Positions 1-6,767 of a stretch of 64,000 bases of DNA are shown one piece after another. The notes under the pieces are model-generated. The model saw only the letters and a program-made list of their open reading frames with translations. It was not told where the DNA came from and did no database searches. The number at the start of each line of letters is the position of its first letter. The first letter of the stretch is position 1. A program made the position numbers and the translations under genes. The stretch is from Saprospiraceae bacterium (GTDB lineage Bacteria; Bacteroidota; Bacteroidia; Chitinophagales; Saprospiraceae), in contig JANLQI010000360.1 of the NCBI GenBank assembly GCA_031367705.1, positions 3,012 to 67,011 on the forward strand, given 5' to 3'.

Positions 1-912
1 TTTACGTTATTATTTGAAGCATACGCTATGAGCTTAATAGAATTAGAAATGCCTGTGTCGAATGTGGCAAAATTGGTAGATGAATATGACCAACGCATTT
101 GGTCAATTTTTCATCATCATATTGCCATTGCCCAAGCTCATACAGATTACACAAACATTAAAGAAGTGGGCATTGATGAGACGAGCCGCAAAAAAGGACA
201 TGATTACGTGACAGTAGGTGTTGATTTAGAAAAACGCCGTGTTTTTGATGTTCAAACAGGCAAAGACAGTGCTTGTGTTGAACGGCTCGGTGAATTTTTA
301 GACCAAAAAGGGTCTCCTAAAGCAGAAGTGACACAAGTCTCTATTGATATGTCACCTGCTTTTATCAAAGGTTGCACCGACACTTTTGCCAATGCAGCCC
401 TCACATTTGACCATTTTCATGTCACCAAAGAAGTCAATAAAGCACTTGATGAAGTCCGTAAAATAGAACGTAAAGAAGCCAAAGAACTTAAAGGACACAA
501 ATATACTTTTTTGAAAAACCCACAATCACTAAACGATAAAAAAAGAGCTGAACTACAAGACCTTATTAAACTTTATCCAACGATTGGCGAAGCCTATCGG
601 CTTAAAGAACTTTTCCGTGAGTTCTGGACAATGGACGATGTGACTAAAGCCGAAATCTTTTTAACGGATTGGTGTGTGCAAGTCACTAAATCTAAAATCC
701 AACCCATGATAAAAGCCGCTAACACTATCAAAGCTCATTGGTCAGGTATTATTAATTTTATTCAATCTAAAATCTCTAACGGTATTCTTGAAGGTATTAA
801 TTCTAAAATCCAACTCGCTAAAAAAAGAGCCCGAGGGTATCGTAATGACAATAATTTCAAATCTATGATTTTATTTATTGCTGGTAAACTTAATTTTGAT
901 TACCCATTATAA
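1..912 (+). CDS. ISL3-family DDE transposase, 5'-truncated by the window edge
   Basis: Frame 1 has no stop from base 1. It contains GIDETSRKKGHDYVTV, FDHFHV and the C-terminal AKKRARGYRNxxNF...IAGKL pattern typical of DDE_Tnp_ISL3. Confidence 0.85.
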   Translation, partial: FTLLFEAYAMSLIELEMPVSNVAKLVDEYDQRIWSIFHHHIAIAQAHTDYTNIKEVGIDETSRKKGHDYVTVGVDLEKRRVFDVQTGKDSACVERLGEFLDQKGSPKAEVTQVSIDMSPAFIKGCTDTFANAALTFDHFHVTKEVNKALDEVRKIERKEAKELKGHKYTFLKNPQSLNDKKRAELQDLIKLYPTIGEAYRLKELFREFWTMDDVTKAEIFLTDWCVQVTKSKIQPMIKAANTIKAHWSGIINFIQSKISNGILEGINSKIQLAKKRARGYRNDNNFKSMILFIAGKLNFDYPL

Positions 913-925
913 GTCACGAAGAACC
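1..925 (+). mobile_element. ISL3-family insertion sequence, right-hand part (left part lies outside the window)
   Basis: The transposase frame is open to base 1. Bases 911-925, AAGTCACGAAGAACC, are the reverse complement of GGTTCTTCGTGACTT, which resembles the GGYTCTTCG-type ISL3 terminal inverted repeat. The element interrupts a PIN-toxin reading frame. Confidence 0.75.
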
Positions 926-928
926 TAA

Positions 929-1156
929 AATTCAGATCAAATCTCACCGACTTTTCGCTTTTTACTCATCAAAGACGACCCTGATGATGATAAATTTGTG
1001 GATTGTGCAGTAGCAGGAAATGCCGATTTCATTGTTTCTCACGATAAACATTTCAATATTTTGAAAACTATTGACTTTCCTATAGTCGAAGTCATATCAA
1101 TTGAAGAATTTAGAGAGATTTTGAACGAACAGATGGAATATTTGAGAGACATCTAA
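929..1156 (+). pseudogene. C-terminal fragment of a PIN-domain toxin gene, cut by the IS insertion
   Basis: Hand translation gives ...LLIKDDPDDDKFVDCAVAGNADFIVSHDKHFNILK...EEFREIL*, the usual C-terminal half of PIN toxin components. There is no N-terminal half and no start codon. The frame begins right after the IS end. Confidence 0.7.
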
Positions 1157-1262
1157 ATCCTTTCAAACCCCTTTACTCTTCATGAGAAATCAAGCATTTC
1201 TGACATTCAAAAGCCTTGCAATGTTCGTTGCAAGGCTTTTTTGTGGGTTTTACTGAGGGGGG
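1151..1262 (+). repeat. Boundary repeat copy A (~100 bp: conserved leader, 13-bp-stem hairpin, then TGTGGGTTTTACTGAGGGG)
   Basis: Near-identical to 2352-2450 and 3442-3552. The hairpin is AAAAGCCTTGCAA-TGTTCG-TTGCAAGGCTTTT at 1209-1240. Confidence 0.85.
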
Positions 1263-1317
1263 CGCTTCGATTAGATTTTTGTTCCAATGCACATTTGTTT
1301 TTACAAGAAATAGTCAT

Positions 1318-1325
1318 TATCTTTG
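1318..1325 (+). promoter_or_regulatory. Bacteroidota-type -7 promoter box TATCTTTG
   Basis: Matches the TAnnTTTG consensus. It lies 6 nt upstream of the tRNA-like element. The same TTATCTTTG box precedes the toxin gene at 2632. Confidence 0.45.
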
Positions 1326-1330
1326 TACTA

Positions 1331-1409
1331 AGAGTTGAAACAATGGTTGTATCGGTCTTGAGACTGAAACCTCTAACAGAGGTAGTGAGGTTCGAATCCT
1401 CCCAACTCT
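1331..1409 (+). ncRNA. tRNA-like small RNA or decayed tRNA gene (non-canonical)
   Basis: A 7-bp acceptor-like pairing joins AGAGTTG (1331-1337) to CAACTCT (1403-1409). There is a canonical T-arm, GAGG-TTCGAAT-CCTC (1387-1401), and a variable-arm-like stem, CCTCT-AAC-AGAGG (1370-1382). I could not fold a 5-bp/7-nt anticodon arm, and the D-loop is only 3-5 nt. Confidence 0.35.
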
Positions 1410-1411
1410 TC

Positions 1412-1445
1412 AAAGCCTTTCAAGCACATTGAAAGGCTTTTTTTA
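1412..1445 (+). terminator. Rho-independent terminator
   Basis: AAAGCCTTTCAA-GCAC-ATTGAAAGGCTTT followed by a T-run. Confidence 0.7.
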
Positions 1446-1447
1446 TG

Positions 1448-2230
1448 TCATAAATGCAGCTCAAATTGTTGGTACAAATCTGTAAGCGGTTTGTCAAAAC
1501 ATTCTTTATGAATTATGTTTGGTTTCAATGCGGTTAAAATACTTTCCATGCGTTCAAACCAATAATCGGTTACGCCTTCTTGCCGCCGCAACAAATAATA
1601 ACGAATTAAACCTGCCGACAAATCAGCTATTTGTATCAATTTTGAATATTGAGATTTGCCAAAATATGCAGTATCAAAAATCTCACTGAACGTCGTTCTA
1701 TGAATCGGGGATTCAATCAATTGCTCTATTTTGTCTTGAAATTGGTTTTGTTCATCAAAAATCACAAACGTATTGCCTTTGTCGTTTTTCAAAAGTGCTT
1801 GATTTTTGTCCAATTGACTAAGCACTTTGTAGGAAGCACACAAATAAGGATGTTTCAATTGATTCCGCAAAGTGGCTTCGGAACGATATATTTTGGAAAA
1901 CACGTCATTATCAACCGCACAATAGAACAATTTGAAGTTAATTTCTGATTGAAATGTCGTAAAAATCAAATGCAGCAAATCTGCCCGTTCCTCAACCGTA
2001 GGTAAGTCAAGTCGGTATGGGTTTTTATTCCTAATATCTGAAAACTTCAATTCTTTTACAGGATAGCTCAATTTTGAATTGACAACAGACAATATTGTGT
2101 CAAAAACATCAACCGCTTTTCGTAATTTTGTAAAATCTACTAAAATACCTGCCACAACTAAGATTGGTTGGTTTTCTTCAAATTTAACAGACCTCGCAAA
2201 GCCACTTTCATCGGCATAAAAAGCATACAT
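1448..2230 (-). CDS. DUF3800-family protein
   Basis: The N-terminus MYAFYADESG fits the DUF3800 Y-x-DESG start. Length is about 260 aa and the gene sits in an accessory island. Confidence 0.55.
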   Translation of the reverse strand: MYAFYADESGFARSVKFEENQPILVVAGILVDFTKLRKAVDVFDTILSVVNSKLSYPVKELKFSDIRNKNPYRLDLPTVEERADLLHLIFTTFQSEINFKLFYCAVDNDVFSKIYRSEATLRNQLKHPYLCASYKVLSQLDKNQALLKNDKGNTFVIFDEQNQFQDKIEQLIESPIHRTTFSEIFDTAYFGKSQYSKLIQIADLSAGLIRYYLLRRQEGVTDYWFERMESILTALKPNIIHKECFDKPLTDLYQQFELHL

Positions 2231-2351
2231 ATTTTTTGATTTTTGGCAAATATATATCCTCTAAATCTATTTTTGTTATGCCCTACTTACTTTTGATAAC
2301 AATCAATTGAAATTATTTTATTTGAATATCACTTAAATTTAACGTGGAAAC

Positions 2352-2450
2352 TGTCTAAATCCTATCATATTCTTGCAAATCAAGGGCATCCTAATTCAAA
2401 AGCCTTGCAATGTTCGTTGCAAGGCTTGTTTGTGGGTTTTACTGAGGGGG
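2352..2450 (+). repeat. Boundary repeat copy B
   Basis: TGTCTAAATCC...TTCAAAAGCCTTGCAATGTTCGTTGCAAGGCTTGTTTGTGGGTTTTACTGAGGGGG. It aligns with copies A and C. Confidence 0.85.
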
Positions 2451-2580
2451 TCGGTTTCGCGGGTCTGAAGACCCCTTAACATAGTAGGCTTCGGTTAAAA
2501 ACCCGAAGCCAGCACCGTCGTTCGTTGTTGTTGGTTTGTGGGGTGTTTTGAGGAAAACCGTTCGCCAGCGGATGTCAAAT
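2451..2580. other. GC-rich structured fragment of unknown nature
   Basis: Visibly more GC-rich than its surroundings. It has two perfect hairpins, GGGTC-TGAA-GACCC (2461-2474) and GGCTTCGG-N8-CCGAAGCC (2487-2510). No convincing ORF. Confidence 0.3.
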
Positions 2581-2600
2581 TTCAAAACAAAAACACTAAA

Positions 2601-2639
2601 ATAAAAGTTGACTAATTAATCAACTTTTATTTATCTTTG
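2601..2639 (+). promoter_or_regulatory. Palindromic operator plus -7 box upstream of the toxin-antitoxin pair
   Basis: ATAAAAGTTGA-N8-TCAACTTTTAT (11-bp arms, 2601-2630) is followed directly by TATCTTTG (2632-2639). Confidence 0.55.
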
Positions 2640-2702
2640 CACAACTAATAAAGGAGGTTTTTTTATAAATACTATATTCTATTAATTCAAAAAACAAATG
2701 AT

Positions 2703-3068
2703 ATGGATAATATCCGTCAAATCGTTTTTCACAAAACGTACTTTTTGGAATTTTATAATTCAGTAAACAACAAGGTTCAAGAGAAAATTGATTTTGTTTT
2801 AGAAATTTTGGCGACTCAACATCGTGTACCTACAAATCATGTGAAATTCATTGAAAACAGCGATGGCATTTATGAACTCCGTGTTTCTGTAAGAACTGAT
2901 GAATATCGTATCTTATTTTTCTTTGAAGAAGGTTCATTAATTGAAGGCGGTAAGATTGTTATTTTGGGCAATGGTTTTATCAAAAAAGATAAGAAAGATT
3001 ACAAAAAAGCGATTAGTAAGGCTGAATTTATCAAAAAAGAATATTTTGAGGAAAAGAAGAATTCATAA
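2703..3068 (+). CDS. RelE/ParE-superfamily toxin (Gp49/HigB-like)
   Basis: GIYELRVSVRTDEYRILFFFEEG...IVILGNGFIKKDKKDYKKAI is the typical Gp49-like toxin pattern. It is followed by an HTH antitoxin gene. Confidence 0.8.
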   Translation: MDNIRQIVFHKTYFLEFYNSVNNKVQEKIDFVLEILATQHRVPTNHVKFIENSDGIYELRVSVRTDEYRILFFFEEGSLIEGGKIVILGNGFIKKDKKDYKKAISKAEFIKKEYFEEKKNS

Positions 3069-3130
3069 GTTTAATCAAATAAATAAAAAACAAAAAAATT
3101 TATTCAATTCAATAAAAGAAGATAAAAATC

Positions 3131-3424
3131 ATGGAAGATAATAAAGTTAAGACATTCGAAGATTTGCTAAACAATAAGTATGGCGCAAAAGGAACACTTC
3201 AAAGAGATGATTTCCATGCCCGTGCAAAGGCGTACTATATTTGTGAAATGCTTAAAGAAGAAAGAAAAAAAGCAAAGTTGACTCAAACCCAATTGGCGGA
3301 ACGTGCCGATATGAAAAAAGAAGTCATTTCAAGAATTGAGAATGGTAAAATTGACGTGCAGTTGTCAACGTTTTTGCGTGTTATTGATGGTTTAGGTTTG
3401 CAATTGAAATTGGTGGCTGTTTGA
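3131..3424 (+). CDS. XRE-family HTH antitoxin (HigA-like)
   Basis: KLTQTQLAERADMKKEVISRIENGKIDVQLSTFLRVIDGLGLQLKL. The helix-turn-helix gene lies immediately downstream of the toxin. Confidence 0.8.
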   Translation: MEDNKVKTFEDLLNNKYGAKGTLQRDDFHARAKAYYICEMLKEERKKAKLTQTQLAERADMKKEVISRIENGKIDVQLSTFLRVIDGLGLQLKLVAV

Positions 3425-3441
3425 AAATACTGAGGGGGCTT

Positions 3442-3552
3442 TGTCTAATTCCTATCAAACCCTTTTGCCCTTCATTAGAAATCAGACATTTCTGACATTC
3501 AAAAGCCTTGCAATGTTCGTTGCAAGGCTTTTTTGTGGGTTTTACTGAGGGG
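3442..3552 (+). repeat. Boundary repeat copy C
   Basis: TGTCTAATTCCTATCAAACCC...AAAAGCCTTGCAATGTTCGTTGCAAGGCTTTTTTGTGGGTTTTACTGAGGGG. An additional motif copy precedes it at 3428. Confidence 0.85.
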
Positions 3553-3831
3553 TTATTCAATATACAAAGAACTTAAAGTTAATTCTTGAATAGCTGATTC
3601 TAATTCATTTTCTGTTGAATACCATTTTTTATCGTTTTTATTTGAAAATGCTGCCCAAAAATCATATTCAATTCTATCAATGCCTTCTAAAATGTATTGG
3701 TTTTTAGAATACCATGAAAGACGTTTAAATTCTGTTATTATACCTTTTACTTCTGTATAATTTCTAAATTGAAGCTTTGCTATTCTTTCCAAAAGTTCAT
3801 CTACTAATGGCTTAAACTCTTTCTCTGTCAT
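3553..3831 (-). CDS. Hypothetical protein (92 aa)
   Basis: ORF only; no recognisable motif. Confidence 0.4.
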   Translation of the reverse strand: MTEKEFKPLVDELLERIAKLQFRNYTEVKGIITEFKRLSWYSKNQYILEGIDRIEYDFWAAFSNKNDKKWYSTENELESAIQELTLSSLYIE

Positions 3832-4128
3832 TTTTTTTATTTAACAATTTGAACCATTTCAAATTGTGATACAAAGATAGAGTGATAAATTTCCATTTAG
3901 AAGTTCTTGATACTTATTTGATTTTCAATCTTTTAGTATTAAAATCAATAGGAGTTATTTTAATTCCAATGTGATAAAGATTAATAAGATTATCGTTAGT
4001 ATCATCTTTAACGAGAAACATGGAGTAAAGAGAAATAAAGTTGATGCTATGCCGAGTTTACTTTGTAAACCTATATTAAATTTTAAAGGCTATTGCCGAA
4101 TTTGACAAATTCTCTTTAAAAAATACTT

Positions 4129-4683
4129 TTAATCAAAGATACAATCACAATCACCTGGGTGTAAAAAGTCAGAAATATCTATATAATCAATCTTTTTTTT
4201 CTCTTTTTCTGTTTGAATAAAGTTTTGATAGCTATATACTAAAGACGAGTAATTTGTATCATAATTAAAAACAGCATTTTGGTGCTTTCGAATGTTCGAA
4301 ATGAATTCATTATTTATTTTTTCTTCTATTTCTATCATTTTGTTTCTCAAGTTAAAACTAAGATTTATTGAGTCCATATCCCCATCTTTACCAACACCTC
4401 TAAATTGCTCTACATGGTAATATAAATCTACCCAAAAATGCCATATTTTACCATCAAAAATACAACTAAATGTCGCTTTTGCTTTAGTAGGTTCTCTATA
4501 ATACATTCTATTAGGTGAATAATGATTTAAAAATTCATATATTGAAATCATATAAATAGTATCGCTGTGAAGCCTATTTTCAATGAAGATAGTATTATTG
4601 TTTTCAAAAAAGATAGCTTCTTGTAATTCAAGGTTTAAGAAGCCTTCGATATCTATATGTATAAAATTAATCGTATTATTCAT
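4129..4683 (-). CDS. Hypothetical protein (184 aa), very AT-rich
   Basis: ORF 16 nt downstream of the truncated PLD-like gene. No recognisable motif. Composition is visibly more AT-rich than the core genes. Confidence 0.45.
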   Translation of the reverse strand: MNNTINFIHIDIEGFLNLELQEAIFFENNNTIFIENRLHSDTIYMISIYEFLNHYSPNRMYYREPTKAKATFSCIFDGKIWHFWVDLYYHVEQFRGVGKDGDMDSINLSFNLRNKMIEIEEKINNEFISNIRKHQNAVFNYDTNYSSLVYSYQNFIQTEKEKKKIDYIDISDFLHPGDCDCIFD

Positions 4684-4699
4684 TATTATTCTATTTATG

Positions 4700-5005
4700 T
4701 TATTTCAGAAATTTTGAACCTATTGTGTAGTCAATGACACAAAATTTATTGTGCATCAATTTCTCACTGATGCGATAAATACGACCACCACAGGCTTGTA
4801 AATCATTGATAGACAAGTATTTATTGATGTCGTCATCAAATATCATCAAGCGCACCTTTACGCCACTTTTCGATTTTTCACAAAGCACATCTAACAACAA
4901 ACGGTCGGTAAACCAGGCCACAGCTAAGTCAATCTCTGATTCGGCAGCTAACAAACAGGCTTGAATGTGTTCTTGGATATTTTCAAAATAAGCTTGGGTC
5001 TCCAT
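4700..5005 (-). pseudogene. PLD-superfamily (Nuc-like, HKD motif) nuclease gene, 3'-truncated
   Basis: It contains HNKFCVID, an HxK(x)4D motif. The frame ends at ...YTIGSKFLK*, where intact family members continue with GSxNxT and roughly 40 more residues. Confidence 0.6.
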
Positions 5006-5085
5006 ATTTGAATTTTAGAAAGACAAATATATGAAAGAATCTATGATTTAGAATTAAAAATCCCCCCCTCAGTAAAAACTGTGTT
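4944..5085. repeat. Direct repeat copy 1 (5' end and promoter region of the PLD-like gene)
   Basis: Aligns with 6281-6425: GCAGCTAACAAACAGGCTTGAATGTGTTCTTGGATATTTTCAAAATAAGCTTGGGTCT...AGAAAGACAAATATATGAAAGAATCTATGATTT. Confidence 0.85.
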
Positions 5086-5230
5086 TTTAATAAAGAAATT
5101 TGATGTTGTGAAGTGTTTAGTCTTTTGTTAAACATTAAGTAACGCCCTAATAATTTAGTAAATTATAATATTTTTTGTATTTAAATTCAACGACATTTCA
5201 TCTTATTTGTTTTAAAATTGAACTTTTTGC

Positions 5231-5238
5231 TTTACATT
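5231..5238 (+). promoter_or_regulatory. -7 promoter box TACATTTG
   Basis: TAnnTTTG match about 60 nt upstream of the DUF1016 gene start. Confidence 0.35.
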
Positions 5239-5298
5239 TGTTTTTTGAAAACTTAATTTTTCCGTTAAACGGATTTTTAAAACTAAAATGACCACGAT

Positions 5299-6279
5299 AT
5301 GCCTTTCCAACAAGAATTCGACTATGTTTTTGACCTCATCAAAAATGCCCGAAATAAGGCTTTGCAATCTGTTAATAGCGACCAAATTATTTTATATTGG
5401 ACGATTGGGCAATTTGTTCAACAAAAATTAGATGCTTCGGAATGGGGGGAGGGCACTGTTAAAAATCTGTCATTGTATTTGCAGAGTAAAGACCCGACTT
5501 TGAGCAATTATAGTAAACGCGGTATCTATCGGATGCGGCAGTTTTATTTGGCTTATATTGATTTTGAATTTGTGTCGGCAATGCCGACACAATTAAGTTG
5601 GACTCATAATCTTGAAATTTTGAGCCAAACCAAAACAATGGAAGAACGAGAGTTTTACCTTAAACTCACATTGAAAGAAAAATTAAATTATAGAGAACTC
5701 CGTCGCCATTTAAAAACCAGTTATTTTGAACGCAGCTTGATTGCCAATCAGCTTTTGCCACCGTCTTTGGACAATTATCCGCGCGATGTATCCAATATTT
5801 TCAAGGATTCCTATATTTTTGAGTTTGCACAAATACCCGATAAACATTCAGAAAAAGACTTAAAAAAGGCTTTATTGGGTCAATTAAAGGATTTTATCTT
5901 GGAATTAGGGAAAGACTTTGTCTTTGTCGGCGAAGAATATCGGTTGCCTGTCGGCATGAAAGATTATCGCGTTGACCTTTTGTTTTATCATCGAGAACTA
6001 TCTTGCTTGGTTGCTTTTGACTTTAAAATTGAAGAATTTGAACCTTCTTTTCTTGGGCAAATGAATTTCTATTTAGAAGTATTGGATACAGATGTCAAAA
6101 AAGCACATGAAAACCCCAGTATCGGTGTCTTGATTTGCAGAAACAAAGATATTGAAGTAGTCGAATATGCTCTACGGCGTAATCTATCGCCAACTTTAGT
6201 TGCAGATTACAGCACTAAATTATTGGATAAGGCTTTATTAATTCAAAAGGTTAAGGAATTATTTAGGGATATTGGCTGA
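5299..6279 (+). CDS. YhcG-like PDDEXK nuclease (DUF1016)
   Basis: YRVDLLFYHRELSCLVAFDFKIEEFEPSFLGQMNFYLEVLD is the characteristic DUF1016 core. Length is 326 aa. Confidence 0.85.
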   Translation: MPFQQEFDYVFDLIKNARNKALQSVNSDQIILYWTIGQFVQQKLDASEWGEGTVKNLSLYLQSKDPTLSNYSKRGIYRMRQFYLAYIDFEFVSAMPTQLSWTHNLEILSQTKTMEEREFYLKLTLKEKLNYRELRRHLKTSYFERSLIANQLLPPSLDNYPRDVSNIFKDSYIFEFAQIPDKHSEKDLKKALLGQLKDFILELGKDFVFVGEEYRLPVGMKDYRVDLLFYHRELSCLVAFDFKIEEFEPSFLGQMNFYLEVLDTDVKKAHENPSIGVLICRNKDIEVVEYALRRNLSPTLVADYSTKLLDKALLIQKVKELFRDIG

Positions 6280-6280
6280 T

Positions 6281-6425
6281 GCAGCTAACAAACAGGCTTG
6301 AATGTGTTCTTGGATATTTTCAAAATAAGCTTGGGTCTTCCTATTTAAATTTTAGAAAGACAAATATATGAAAGAATCTATGATTTGAAAATAGAAAAAG
6401 CACCCCCTCCGTAAAACCTTGTTCT
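6281..6425. repeat. Direct repeat copy 2 (decayed; the ATG is lost)
   Basis: Starts one base after the DUF1016 stop codon. The CAT complementing the start codon in copy 1 reads CCT here. The motif copy is degenerate (CCCCCTCCGTA at 6403). Confidence 0.85.
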
Positions 6426-6465
6426 TTTTGGAAAAATATGTATTTTTGTAAAAAATAATTAGAAA

Positions 6466-6675
6466 ATGACATCGAATATTCAATTTCCATTAAATGAAGT
6501 TCAAGTATCACTTTTGCGCTTAACTGAAAAATTGCCACATGAAGAGCTTTTAGCCTTACAAAAGCTCATAATTGCCTTTAAAGCACAGCGTTTGTCAGCT
6601 TTGGCAGACCAAGTTTGGGATGAAAAAGGTTGGACTCAAGAAACAATGGAGATGTTTCTCAATACGCATTTCTGA
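6466..6675 (+). CDS. Hypothetical small protein (69 aa)
   Basis: ORF only. The ...DQVWDEKGWTQETMEMFLN pattern resembles small conserved Bacteroidota proteins, but I cannot name a family. Confidence 0.4.
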   Translation: MTSNIQFPLNEVQVSLLRLTEKLPHEELLALQKLIIAFKAQRLSALADQVWDEKGWTQETMEMFLNTHF

Positions 6676-6767
6676 GGATTTCTTTCCCTTTTACAAAACT
6701 TGAAAAATAGCCGTTTTACAACGAATACGTCGTAAAACGCCTATTTTTATAAGTCATTATCCCAAAA

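Noticed and set aside
1331-1409. A bona fide tRNA gene.
   Set aside because: The acceptor stem and T-arm are fine, but I could not form a 5-bp/7-nt anticodon arm, and the D-loop is too short. It is kept only as a tRNA-like element or pseudogene.
1207-1432. ORFs 1207..1413 (minus strand) and 1241..1432 (plus strand).
   Set aside because: They overlap boundary repeat A, the motif copy and the tRNA-like element, and they are mutually antisense. They are most likely non-coding.
2941-3141. A 66-aa Lys-rich ORF overlapping the toxin gene's 3' end.
   Set aside because: It is an alternative frame of an A-rich region, and the toxin and antitoxin frames account for the sequence.
1151-3552. Integron gene-cassette array with attC sites.
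   Set aside because: There is no intI-type integrase in the window. The repeats lack the paired R''/L''-L'/R' core sites (RYYYAAC...GTTRRRY), and the hairpin is a simple perfect terminator-like stem.
3553-5061. Absence of the abundant word in some 1.5-3.5-kb stretches (3553-5061, 7114-10375, 27261-30751, 48493-51795) as proof of foreign origin.
   Set aside because: With a mean spacing of about 1.2 kb, a few gaps of this size are expected by chance. This is used only as weak supporting context and not as evidence.
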